Source: a virus | IMG/VR virus record: IMGVR_UViG_3300020248_000002 | Strand: one strand, 5' to 3' | DNA: 64,000 nucleotides | Shown here: in pieces, positions 43,801 through 58,800 of the stretch | How positions within the stretch are numbered: position 1 is the stretch's first letter | Layout: the number at the start of each line of letters is the position of its first letter | Translations under genes and position numbers: made by a program | Notes under the pieces: model-generated | What the model saw: the letters and a program-made list of their open reading frames with translations, nothing else | Told to the model about the DNA's origin: nothing | The model's database searches: none

Positions 43801-46800
43801 TACGTTTTCTGTAACTTCTCGTATTAGTGCTACTGTATTCTCATATCAAATATCTGCTCCTGCACCTAATTCACCTCAAGGTAACATTTTGATGTCTGTT
43901 GACCTTAATAAAGGTAAATCAGATGAAGAATCAATCAATAACTCTATCGCACAATTTACAACTAATGTACAAAATACGTTCTTCAACTCAAATTACTCTT
44001 ATATTGCTACAACAGGTATTCCAAACTATAAAGTTGGTCCGTTCATTGGGTCTGCTCTACTCCCAGGAAACCAAAGAAAGTTAAGTAGATTTCCTAGAAT
44101 TGTTGATACTGTATCACGTCGTGATGATTTATCATTTGGTCCTATTGGATGTTGGGTAAATGGTGTTGCTGTTTGGTCTTATAAGTCTCAAATTAAGACA
44201 AAATTTGGTGGAATTACAAGTTTTGATATTGTAGATGCAGGTGAAGGATATGACGCTGCTTCTAAACCATTAATTGAAATAAGTGGTGGTGGTGGATCTG
44301 GTGCTGCTGCTAGTGTTGTTGTAAATGGTTCTTTATTTAATGTTGATGTAACAGCAGGTGGTTCTGGATACACCTCATCTCCATTAGTTTCTATTGTTGG
44401 TGGAGGTGGATTTGGTGCTACTGCAACTGCTGTTATTACAAATGGAGTTGTAAGTAAAGTTCTTGTTGAAACACCTGGTCAAGGGTACACCTCAGCACCT
44501 ACTGTAAGCATCTCAGGAGGCAATGGAACAGGTGCAACTGCTACTGCCGAGGTAAGAGGTCCTATTCAATCTATTAGTGTAGATACAGCAGGATCAAGTT
44601 ATACAACTGCACCTAATATTAAATTAAATTCTGGTGAAGGTGCTGTTGCACAACCAATTATTATCAATGGTCGTATTGTATCAATCGCTATTATTAACTC
44701 AGGTAGTGGATATACATCTCCTCCTAATGTAATTATTAATGGTGATGGTTATGGTGCTATTGCAAAAGCAACCATAGGAACATTTGGTGAAGATAAAGGA
44801 CGTGTTTTAAGTATTACTGTTGAGAACAGAGGTATAGGATATTCAACTGGTCTTACAACTATTCGTTGTGAATCTATTGGTCAAGGTGCATCATTTACTG
44901 CAAATGTATTTGAGTGGACACAGAACTTAGAAACTGAACTATCAGGACTAATGGATCCTTCTCGTGGTTATGTATTTGCAGGATATAACACACAATATGG
45001 TGGTGAATATGCACATTTATCAGATCCTAAACAATTACGTTATGTTCTTGGTGATAATGTATTTAAAGATCCATCATCAGGAAATCTTAGAGAACTTTCA
45101 GCAGGACTAAGACACTCTCCTATTATTGGTTGGGCATTTGATGGAAACCCAATATACGGACCATATGGTTATATTGATGCTGCTGATCAGTCATCTGGTA
45201 TTAAGAGATGTGTATCTTCTTACAGAGTAAAACCTGCGTTATTATTTGACAGTGCAACCAATCCAAATCCAGTTCGTGCTGATGGACCACTATTATCAGA
45301 CAAACCCGCAGGAACTTATATAGAAGATTATGAGTATGTGTTCCAAGCAGGTGATTTAGATCAGTATAATGGTAGATATTGTAAGACACCTGAATATCCT
45401 GAAGGAACTTATGCTTATTTTGTTTCCATTGACGCATCAGAAGCAGGTTTACCTGTATTCCCATATGTCTGTGGACCACAATTATATTCAAGACCTGACG
45501 AATGGAACTATAGTCAAGATGCTGTACAAACCAATATTCCTCTTGATGTTGTTAGATTCCGTGATCCTTATGAAGATGTTGACATTGATATTCAACGTAC
45601 ACCTAACCAAGATACAGATACTCTTGTAACTGAGATAGGTGACGAGTTTATCTTTGAAATAGAAGATACTAACAGAGATGGTGTTATATCAACAGAAGAA
45701 GAAAACGAATTAAATTATATCTCAGAAGAACCTGTACTGCAATTATTTGATTACTACCCTAGTGTATCTACTAGATCACAGGTTGATATTGAGATTGATA
45801 CTACTACTAAATTTGAAGATGCTAAAATTAGTGGATTTGTAGTTGAAAACCCAGGTATATCATATAAAGTTAATGATAAGTTGTTCTTTGACGATACAGG
45901 AACTGGTGGATATGGTGCATCTGCTAAAGTAAATGCTGTAAAAGGTATTGATGTCAGTCAGTACACTTCATCTATGGTTAATGATTCACCGTTAGCAAAG
46001 ATTACAACTACTGGTGAACACGATTTAAGAGTTAATGATGAAATTATTGTTGATAGTATTCCTATTATTGATCAAACAAACAAAACATTTAGAGTAAAAG
46101 TTGTATCTGGTGTTGAAACAGTAAATATTAGTCAACAAGGTCTTGGATATAATGATGATATTCCACCAACTTACGAAATTGTTACAGGAACTGGTCAAGA
46201 TTTTAAATTAGAACTTGTACAACTTGAATCTGGTGCTGTTAATACAGTTAATATTATTAACTCTGGATCAGAATATACACCTAGCAATCCACCAGAAGTT
46301 AGAGTAAGTCATCCACAAAGATATAAAAAAGCAAATTATGCTCTTACATTATTAGATGAGAGTAGTGGTATTGAGAAAATAGTAAAACTTAAAGATATTG
46401 TTACTGCTGATGATAGAACATTCTATGTTGTCGGTGAAGCAGATGATGTTGATGGAGATTCAGCAGGATTACTTGCAAAATTCAATAGTGATGGTAGATT
46501 GTTGTGGACACGTACAATGGCACCACTACAACCTGCTGCGGGAGATAAACGTTGTGTATTTAACAGAATTTATCTTGAAAACACATCACCACATTCTATC
46601 TACGTTGTTGGTGAAACAATTCCTAATAATGTCAACTTATCATACAATCCAGACCTAGTTGTTGCCAAATATACCTCTGGATTTGATGCACAGAACAATC
46701 CTACTGCTGTTCCTGTATGGCAACGTGAAATTGCAGGTATATCTGGTTCTTCAAGAAGAGATTATATATCATCCTTAACTATAGATGATAACGGTCAAAT

Positions 46801-49800
46801 ATACGTTGGTGGTACAACAGATACTAACTCTCCAAATCCAGATGATATGTGGATTGCTTTGTTAGATGAACAGGGTGCTATTAAAGAAAAACGTAAGATA
46901 TGTACTGCATCAGGATCAGAACAATTAACAGACCTTAAATTTACAAGTGATAACACCTGTATATTTGTTGGTGTTAATGATCCTGCGGGAACGAGTGAAA
47001 TTATTATTGGTGAAACTAACTATGATAATGTAACTATTAACGTTTCTTGGAGTAGACAGTTTGGTAATACTGGATATAGATTCTCTAATCCTAAAATTAC
47101 TATTGATGACTATGGTTCTAGATACGTAACTGCAACTGCATACCAAATTTCTAATACCAAGAATACTGGTGTTTTGTATATGAAGTTTGCACCTAGTGAT
47201 TACAAAACTCCATCAGTTGTTAAATTACTTTCACCTACTGGTGTATTTGAAGATATACAATCAACTGGAGTTAAATTTGATATATTTGGTAATATTGATG
47301 TTGGTGCATACGTTAAATATGCTTTCAATGATCATAGAGCAATCATATTCAAGATTTCTTGGAATACAAGTAATATATTAACTGCTGCTTCTGTAAAACA
47401 GGTTAGTGGTATTGGTTTCCAACCAACTACAATTAGTAACGATAATTCTGGTGATACTATTATTGCAGGTAATAAAATTGAATCTAATGAATTAGCAATA
47501 CTCAATTTTGAATCAACTATAACTGGAGATGAAACATATAATAATACTTTAACAGCAGGATGGTCTGTAGATCCTACATTAGATACTTCTAAATGGAAAT
47601 ATGGTGCACAGTCAGCAAATATCAGTGCTGCTGCGAATAGACTATCGTTAGACTGGGGTGCTGATGTAGCAACAAATTATACTATTGAAGCGTGGATCGC
47701 TATTGGGCAAGCACAATACAATGCTCAAAGTTCTACACCAAATATTTTTGATGTTGCTCCTACTACAGGTGATAATGCAGTTGTAGAACTAGAAGGTGAT
47801 GCTACAAGTCCTGATTTTGGTAAAGTTCGTTTAAAGTTAGGTTCTAATACTTACCTATCTACAACCACAACTAACTGGACAACATTTAATAACGAAGCAT
47901 TTATACACGTTGCTCTTGTTAAGTCAACTCCTGGTGTTGGTACTTACGTTTATAAAGTATTCATCAATGGTGTTGAACAAATTGATGTAACAAGTACAAC
48001 TATAGATACACAACTTAAATCTATACTATTATTTGGTAAATCATCTCCTGTTGTCGCTAGTTCTATTGGTGGTTGGGTAGATAATATTTCTGTATCAGGT
48101 ATTGCAAAATATAGTGATACATTTACTCCTGCACAAGCAGTTGGTTCTAATAAAACAGTATCTGCTTTCTGCTACAAGTTAGATAGAGAACAAACTAAGA
48201 CTGGAACATATACATTAAACACCGTTCAAACTGGTATGCAGATTCAAGTCGCAGCCGCTGTGAACGACTTTACGTTTAATACCCAGGTGATTACTTCTGG
48301 AGATTGGACATTAGGTCCTGCGGGTCTACAAATACTTGATTATGCTGATGTTGTATCAAATAATGTTGAAGGAACTTACTCATTTACGTCTACAGATCAG
48401 ATATATGAGACTAGAACTGCTACTATCCCAACACCTCTTGGTAGAAAACTACTACTAAGCACTACTGTTATTCCTAAATTCTATATTCGTGATGCAATAT
48501 ATCAGTCTATTGATACTGTAAAGACAGTAACATTTAACCAAACAGCAAACTTTACTAAAGGTTCTATATTACAACAGTATTCAGTTATTGGTGGACAAGA
48601 TGTAGTCAGTGCATACGGTACTATTGTAAATGTTCGTGGAGCACAAGGACAGGTTGATATTGGTAATATTATTGGTAATTTTGATACTACTAAGAAATTA
48701 AAATCAACTGCAAATGATGTAAACCTTATTAATCAAACATTTTTAGTTGAAACAACTATACCTCAATGGTTTACAAACTTCAGTTATACAACTGGAGATG
48801 AAGTTTATAATGCAGGTAAGATCTATACAGCAGGTTCTACTGGAGTTTCTGGTGCTAGTGCTCCTATTCATACGATTGGTACAGTAACTGATGGAAATAT
48901 AAACTGGGTATATACTCGTGATGCAGGTAGTTTTAATATAGATCTTGCAAATACTTCATATTCTAGTGGAACATTAAATCAATTTGGTTCTTGGAGACCA
49001 TTTGTAGCAACAGATTACTCAATTAGAATTGAAGCAGTATATGAGGGATCAGCATTTATTAAAGGTGATAACATTGATGCTGACGCTGTTGGTCTTTCAG
49101 CAACATTCGATGCTACTGGAAAGATAATAACAATATCAGGTTTAGTTGGAGTTAAGAAATTCCATCTTACATCGAATCTTGATAAAGATATTATTCCAAC
49201 TGGTGCTCTAGCATTTACAGATTTAGTATTCTGTGTTTCTACAAGTAGGCATAATTTTACTCAAAACGAAATTATATTTGTTGAAGGATTTACAACAACT
49301 GAATATGGTGGATCATTCTTTGTAGAAGAGGTTCTTGATAGTAGAAGATTCTTATATCGTTTAAGATCAACTGCTGTACAAGATCCTTCATTTACAAGTT
49401 CTACTATTGCAAGTGTTAATATCTACGCTAAACATCCACAATTATTATTTGTTCGTAAACATCAATACATATTTGACCTTGATGATCCATCTAATTTTGG
49501 ATATTATATGTCGTTCTCTAAGGATAATCAATATAAATTAGAATATCCTTTTGTAAACATTGTTAGAGAGGGTATCCCAGGTTTAACTGACCAAACATCA
49601 CCTAAACCACTTGTTAAGTTTATTGTTGATGAAGATGTTACCAATATTTCATATTACTTCGATCCATCAAGAACTCTTCCAAGTAACTCTCCTGTAGGTG
49701 AAGCATCATTTATTGACGTTATAGAAACTCCTTATAAAGGAACATTTAATATTAATCAGATATTATCAGATACAGAATTTACATTCCCACTTCTTGTAGA

Positions 49801-52800
49801 ACCAGAAAAAACAACTGCTCCTTTAGGAACAACTGAAACAGGTCTTACAAGAGCATCTTATAGTACAACTTCTCTAAAAGCGATTGGTCCTATTGCAAGT
49901 ATCAAACTGGTAAACCCAGGTGGTTTCTATCAGAAATTACCTATTGTTACTGATATATCATCTGATAGAGAAATTGAGAAAATACGTATCATATCTGGTG
50001 GTACAGAATACATTAATGGCATCTATTATAATGTTCCTATTGCAGGAGATGGTGAAGGTGGTCTATGTAATATTACAGTTGCAGATGATGGTGAATTAAC
50101 AGGTGTTATTACTGCTGTTGAATTAACATCTCCAGGTAAAGGATATACTACTGCATCTATTGATATTGATACTATTCCAGGAATATTGGGATCACTATTA
50201 CAAGGTTCTGGTGGACAACTTGATGTTGTAATTCCTGCTGAGGGATCTGGTGCATCTGTGTTCTTACAAGGTACAAGTATTGGTAAGATTAAGAAACTTA
50301 AAAATAATGAATTTGGTTTCGGTTATTCTCACGATTATACACTAAGACCTGAGATTACATTCCCTGTAAACCTTCAGTTGTTTAATACTGCTATACTTTC
50401 TGAAATTAAGGTTACAGATCCTGGTTCTGGTTATACATCAATTCCTAGAGTTGTTATTGAAGGTGGTGGTGGATCAGGTGCTGAAGCAGAAGCGATTGTT
50501 AAAAATAATAGACTATCTGAAATAATAATTAAAAATCCTGGATCTGGATATAGTTCTGAACCATCAGTTACACTTAAGTCAGAATTTAACTATGTTGTAA
50601 ACCTTGATTTAGGATATTTACAGTTTAACTTCCCACACGGTATTACAACTGGTGCTGCTGTTCAACTTAGAGCAGAAGATTTAGGATCTACAGTTGGTGT
50701 TCTACCAAAACCAAGTTCAGCAGGTTTGGTTAGTTTAAGTTCTACAACCACTTACTATGCTATTGCAGGTGAGGCAAATTCACTTGAAGCAGACCAACTT
50801 AGAATAGCACTAACACAAGTTGATGCTGAGTCTGGTAACTTTATTACATTCTTAACTCAAGGTGATGGTCGTCAGATTCTTCTTACTGAAGTATTTGGTG
50901 GTCAAGCAACTGCTATTGTACAAACATCTCGTTTCTTAAAAGGAGAACTTGTATATCAAGGTTCATCCCTAGAAACTGCTACTGCAACAGGTTACGTTTC
51001 AGATAATGAAGGTTGGCAGATTGGTCCTCGTATATTAAAACTTGAAAACTATAACGGAAATTGGACTGTTGGAGAACGTGTAACTGCACAGGTATCTCGT
51101 GCATCTGGTTTGATTGATAACTTATCTATTGCTCGTGGTACATTGAATATAGACTCAATGACAACCACTACTGGTCAGTTTATTGATGACATTGGTAAAC
51201 CATCTGAAATTGTACAGAAAATTCAAGACTCTTACTTCTATCAGAACTTCTCTTACGTTATTAAATCACAAACTCCTATTAACGAATGGAGAAAGAGTAT
51301 TCTTGAAACCAATCACCCAGTTGGATTCAATATGTTTGGTGAATTGGCACTTGCAGCAGGTAAAGATATATCAGGAAGAAAGGTTGTATCTGATCTTGTT
51401 AAAGAAGTTAATATCTTTAGTGCTACTAATATTAATCAGATTACATCTTTTGCTAACTCACAACCAATATATACCGAGTTTAATAACACTGAAGTATTAT
51501 TCAGACAAAGAAGACTTACTAACTCTGAAGAAATCTTAACTTCTATTGTTAAAAAACTTGATAATATTGATAATGACTTTAATGGTGTTAAAACACAATT
51601 CCCATTGACTGTAGAAGGTGAATCTGTAACTGCAACTGATGATCAATTATTGATTCTTATTAACGGTGTTGCCCAGTCACCTGGAACTGCATTCACAACA
51701 TCTGGTCCATCTGTTGTATTCTCAGAACCACCTAAAGCACCATCAAGAATTAAGTTTAGAAATCTTACATTCTCTCAAATTAATATTATAAGATATACAT
51801 TTAGTACAACATCTGGTATTTTCCCACAAACAGGTAAACCTGTAAGGTCTTTACAGAACGAGGGAACTGCAACTGTCATTGATAGTGGTGTAGATTACAT
51901 TGATGTTATCGATGTAGAAGGTACTTTCCAGATTGGTGACAATGTTTTAGCGTCATCTAGTGGATTTGATGGTACATTAAGTGCTGTAACTGGTTTAACT
52001 AGCAAAACAATTTACGAACAAGGTGAAAGAATAACAAATTTACAAGGTGATTTTGCAATTATTGAAGAAAATAACCTTAGAGATGGTGTTGTAGACGCTA
52101 GATTGGTAGTTTCTCGTACATCTGGTACATCTGAATTTGAAACTGGTGACTTTAATATCAAATTTAACGACACAATATACTCTGCTGCATCTAAAATTGC
52201 TGCAAGAGTTACTGTAATTGCACCATATACAGACGATGTATCTCAACAAATCATTGATACTGTTGATTTATCACCTCCATCATCATTCTTTGGTCTAATT
52301 TTCCAACGTGTTCCTTCAATTACCTATCCAAATACTATCTTAGACAATATTTCTGAGACAGTTATCAATCCAGAAGAACTATATGAAGAGGGAACTGCTA
52401 ATAACCAAGACTTCTTAGACTTTGAAGAGGTAAGAAACCAAGAAATTAGATATAATTATCTGTCAGGATCACAATTTGTAGCAGGTGACTCAATACGTAA
52501 CAAACAAATCTACTATGATAACGCTTCATTAGTAGGTGTAGACGATCAACGTTCATTTGATGCTGCTGTATTGATAAGAAAGAATGCTAGATTCATTGCT
52601 GAAGAAGCAGTTGGATTAATGAAGGCATTTTTCCCATCATTTGTAGTTCCATCATTAGGTGGAGATAGAGATTGTGAAGATGATATTGTAGATATTTTAA
52701 ATATTGTTGCATATCAATTAGAAGTTGATGGTAACTCAGAAATCTGGGATGCTGCTAGTACATATGTACAGGGTAATGCAATATATCACGTTGATGGTGA

Positions 52801-55800
52801 AGTAGCACAAACAATATACGCATTTAACAAAGCACGTGATTTAGCGATACAGTGTATCCGCAATGAAGTTATTAATACAACTACCACTAATCTACCTCAA
52901 TATAGAGATCCTACTATCACAGAAGAGTTTGCTGTTATAAGCAATAGTCACGGTGATGCAAGAGATTTAATTCTTGCTAATAAATGGTTCATTGCATATG
53001 AAGCATTACATTATGCTAAAACACAAAATCCAGGATATAACGTATCAGGTGGAGATGTTCATTGTTTATCTGATATTGTTGATGTTCTTGAAGCGATGGT
53101 TTATAACTTAGCACACGGTGGTAATAACTTTGTATATAAAGCAACTAAGAAAACTCTACAGTATGGTGTAACATCTGGTGATAGAGATACTATTGTAGAT
53201 GCTTTTACTAAGGCAAGAGATATTGCTATTGAAGTAATGAGAAATAATGCTTGGACAAAAGCAGGATCTCATAACTGGAATCAAGTAACTGATACATCTA
53301 TAACCGCTGATCCTGCAAACCCAACTTGTCAGGCAGTTGCATCAGCAATTACTACACTAATGAATATTTTGATTACTAATCTTGGATCAACTGCATCTCC
53401 AGGAACAGTAGCAGCATTTGAAGCAGCAGTAACTGAGACTGCACCTTCTGGAGCGTATGCAGGATATACTAACAGTTGTGTTAATCAGGCAAATGCTATA
53501 ACATCCTATATGAGAATCATTACTGATACTCTAGAGGATCCTACAGGTGGCACTCCTGCAACATATCAGTGGGCAATTACTAATGTACCTCGTGTTCTTC
53601 CTCCTTATGCTTTTGTGGATGGAGAAACTTTACGTTGTGCTAAACACGCTTATAGAGATAAATCATCTGGTGGATTCTTTGTATTTGGTGATACTGTAAG
53701 AGCAGTTACATCAGGTGCAACATATGATGTTATTGGATCTAATGCAGGTAACAAGTGGATCTTCTCTAAACAGATTAGTGGTGTATTACAAGCAGGTGAG
53801 TACATAACCAACTCTAAACTTACATATGCAAACGTATCTCAAGATAAATTAACATTTAAAACTGATTCTGGTTCACTTAGATTTACTGGATCTGGTTCAT
53901 ATGCTACTTTCCCATCAAGTAATGCTGTATTATTTGGTGATGGAGCAGATGCTGCTACTGGTGACTATACAATGGAATTATGGATACGTCCTGCTTCTGT
54001 TACTGGCACACAGAGACTTATTGATCTTAGAGAGTCATCTTCTGACACTAAGTTAGGTATATTGATGTCTGGTCAGTCACTTCGCTTATCTATAGGTGCT
54101 AGTGATGTAATTACTGTTAGTTCTGCTATTACTACAATCAATAACTGGTATCATATTGCAGTATCTCGTTCTACAAGTGTTACTAAACTGTTTGTAAATG
54201 GTCAGCAGATGGGTACATACACTGATACAAACAATTATAATGCAAATAGTAAGATTACTGTTGGTGCAGGATGGAACAATGGTAATCCTTTCAATGGTTG
54301 GATTGATAATCTTATAATCCGCAAAGGAATTTCCCAGTACAATAGTAGTTTTACTCCCCCTATTATCTTTAACGATAGTACAGATGTATCATTCGCACTT
54401 CTTGGTGAAGCACCATTCCCTATGGAACAGAGTGCAGTATATGCAACATACGTTAATCATATAATATCTACTGCTACTGCTGATGAAGTTGAGCTATGGC
54501 GTTCTGAACTTACAACTGAAGGTGTTGATCTTAGTCGTGAAGAATATAGAATATGTGCTGAAGTTATACGTAAGAATATTGACTATATTGCTGAAGAAGC
54601 AGTTGGTCGTCTTAAGTATAGATACCCTGATTTTGTCATCCCTGGTGATGGTGGTATGAGTGGTTATGGATCTAATGTTTGTCTACGTGATACTAAATCA
54701 TATATTATTCCTGCTATAATTGACGATCTTATATCAGGTGGTAACTTCCAAACAACCATTGTTGGTCGTGCTTACATTGAAGGATCTGGTGCATTACAAC
54801 ATATTGGTGGTGAGCAATTACAATCAATCTATACTTGGAGAGAAGTTGCAAAACTTTGTATTGATGTAATTACATTAGATGAAGCAGATTTAGAAGGAAC
54901 TTATTCAACTAAAGTTCGTGTTCCTAATTATTTTGCATCTCCTGCATCTTCACAGATACAAACTGATATTATGACTCTTGTAGATGATCTATTAGATGTT
55001 ATAGGTCCTACAGGTCATAGATTTAGAGATGGTGCTGATTTAATTTACTTTAATAGAAAAGCAATCGCTGATGAAGCAGTATATTATATTGAAAACAAAT
55101 ATCAAGTACAAGTTGGTTTCTCAACAGTAAATAAACTAACAATACCTAATAGAGCAAAATGTGTAAGAGATATTAGAGATCATATACTTCCTGCTATTGC
55201 AGGTGACTTGGTTACAGGTGGTAACTTTGAAACTCAAGCAATGATTGATAGTTATCTCGATAATGAGACTAATATCAATTATATTGAAGATGAATTGCTT
55301 GCAATGATTGATGCGATTGAATATGCTAAGAAGTTAGCACAAAAAGCAATACAAGGTTTATTAATTGGTAGAAATGAGAACCCTGCTCAAGTCGCTGCTG
55401 ATTTCTCTGATTACTATCAGATGTTATACACAGATGAGTCTGTTTATCGTGACGATACTATTACAATAGATCCTAAAGCATATACTGGATCTGATAGAGA
55501 TCTTGACGCTGCAAATCTTTTACAGCAAAATGCTAAGACCATTGCAGGTGAAGCAGTTGATATTCTAACTAAAACATCGTTTGCACAATCTAAGAAGTTT
55601 AGAGTTCCAGGTGGTAAAGTTAACTGTGAAGATGATATTGTTGACATCATCGAATCTGTAGCACACGATTTACGTTTTGGTGGTAACAGCGAGACATATG
55701 ATGCTGCTGCTTTATACTTAAATACTGATTTAGCATTAAGTCACGTAACTAATCAATCTGATGAGACAATCTATGCGTTTAAGTTAGCAAGAGATATGTC

Positions 55801-58800
55801 AATCCTAACCATCAGAAACCGTTTAGGGTTTACTCCCTATGAGAGTGAGGCAGCAACAGGTGGATTAGGACAAGCAATACAGAGACCTGATTACTATAAT
55901 AATGCTACAACCAATGGTTACTATGATGCTGCAAATGAAATTGAAAATAATATAAGATTTATCGCTACAACTGCTGTTGGTCGTGGTATGTCTCAGTATC
56001 CTAATTTGGCATTCTCTGGTGGTTATAATTATCAGTCTTGTGTTGATGACGTTGTAGATTTACTTGAAGCATTAGTATTCAACTTAAAGCACGGTGGTAA
56101 CAACCGTATGTGGTATTCAAGTGAGTTCTATATTACAGTTGGAAATGCTATACAGCATATTAGTAACCAAGCAGCAGAAGTTAAATATATCTTTGAACAA
56201 GCAAGAGATATTGCAATACAAATAATGAGACAGCAGATTGTTACAATTAATGGTGTAACAGAAGGAAGTGCAATATATGATTCTAGTATTACTATTGATG
56301 GTACTAATACAACAGTTGGTAACTTAACTCCAACAAATGTAGAATACTTCCCAACTACAGGTAATTTAAGACTTACTGTTAATGGTCATAACTTAACTAC
56401 AAGTGATAGTATTCAACTTGCTCAAAACTCATTAACATTTACTTGTGATTTTGATGGTAATGCAACAAACCATACATATCCAAGACCATTAGATCCTTCT
56501 AGCGGTGCTTTATTACCAGTTACAGCATTTACTACAAATACATTTACAGTAAATGTAGGAACTACTGCTAACGGAACTCACGATGTTACTGATGCAATAT
56601 ATGAAGAAGCAACTGGTAATCTATTCTTAGATATTGGTACAAATAATCTTAATGTTGGAAGACATATTAAGTTCTCTCAAGATTATGCAATAACATTTAC
56701 TTGCACAAAAGATGGTAATACTACTAACCACGCATATCCTCGTCCTACTGACTATGCTAGTGGTAAATCATTAGAAGTTTTAGAAATTAGTGATTCTGCG
56801 TTTACAGCAACAGGAGCAACATATTCACCTACTACTGGTGCTATGACCCTGACTGTTCCTCAACACGGATTTAGTAATGGTGATCAGATAAGACTTGTTA
56901 ATAATTCATTGAACTTCACTTGTACAATGGATAACAACTATAGTGTACATTCTTATCCTCGTGCTAGTGATCCTGCATCAAACCAGTATCTAACAATCAG
57001 CAACGTTGCTACAAATACTTTTGATGTAAACGTTGGTTCTACAAATACTCTAAATTATACTCCATCAAATGTTGTTTACAGTCCTACTACAGGAGATATG
57101 GTTATCACAATCGGTAATCACAGTCTTGTTCCTGGATCACACATTAAGATTGCTGATAATTCATTAATATTTACTTGTTTAGAAGATAATAATGCTACTG
57201 AGCATTCATATCCTAGAACAACAACTACAATACATCAGAGCACTGCTGCTGTATATGAACCTACTACAGGTATGATGCAGTTGACTGTTCCTCAACACGG
57301 ATTTGCAAATGGTGATCAAATTAAGATTGCAACTGATTCTCTAACATTTACTTGTGGTCAAGATAACAATCAAACAAATCATACATATCCACGTGCTACT
57401 GACCCTGCTGCTAATTCTTGGTTAGAAATTTCAGATGTAACTGCAAATACATTTAAAGTTCAAGTTTTATTATCTACTGGAATACCTTCAACAAATACAA
57501 CACCACACACATATGTTTCTTCTGCTACAAATAATATTACTTGGAAGAAAGATAGAGCATATGATGTTCCTTTAGAAGTAAAAGCAGTTGGTCAAACAAC
57601 TATTACAGTTAATGTTTTAGCATCTGGAAGAATCCCATCTACTAACGTAACTACTCATACATTTGTAAATGCTGCAACAAATGCAATAAGTGCAGGTGGA
57701 AATTACACTCATACATTCATATCTGCTGCACCTGGAGGTGTTAGATTTAAGAATGGACGTATTAAGGTTAATGTAAACCCTGCACCTACAAACGAACAAT
57801 ATCCACATACATTTGTAAGTGCTGTTTCTGGTGCTGTATCTTATGGTGGTAATCATCCTCACAACTTTGTAAGTGCTAATACTAATGCTATAACCTTTAT
57901 TATTGGTGGTGGTGGAGTTCGTTGTGTAAATGAAGCAGCGTCTATAACAACATTAATGGGTATTCCTATCAATCTATTTGATAGTAGTAATACAAGTAAT
58001 CCTACAGCATATCTAAATGGAATTACGAGAACATTACCACTCGAATGGCCACTTACAGGTGAACGTGCTATTAGACGTGACGTTTCTATAACTTACGATT
58101 CAGCAGGTAACGGAAACTGCACCACACAGAGTTCAGCGATTAATACCCTTTGGGAGATACTTATTAATACTATTGATACTGCTGCTCAAGGAAATGGTAG
58201 TCATCTTGCAACTATAACCAGAACTGCACCTGTCACTAACAACACTGTATATAAAGGTGGAACTTGTTACGATGTCACATCTGCTGCACACGTACTATTC
58301 AAGACACTTCTTCACGGTCTTGGAAGTGGCACAGAGATGTATAAACAATCTGCAAGATTATTAATATACAATGACACATATACTCGATTAGAATCATATG
58401 AGAAAACTTTAAATCAATATCCTGGTTATGCAGGAGATGCTTCGTTTGCTGAACCAATACAAAAAGCGATTGTATATGACTTCATTACAAATGGTAATGC
58501 TAGGACTTTACAATTAGTTAACTCTTGGTTTGATGCTGATGGTAATTTCGTAGCATACCCAACACTCTTTAGAACTCGTCTTCTTTATCACGCAAGAATG
58601 ATTAAAGAGTTGATGGATCATATCTTAAAAGGAACTGCACCTGATCCTGGTGTAAATGCTAACCAACCTCTTTATTCACTTGATGGAACTAATCCTGATA
58701 GAGAATTACGTCCTACTGCGACTGCATCTCATAAGTTACATCAATTATTCCACTTAATATTAACTGCGTTACAATACTCACAATTCCCAACAACATACTT

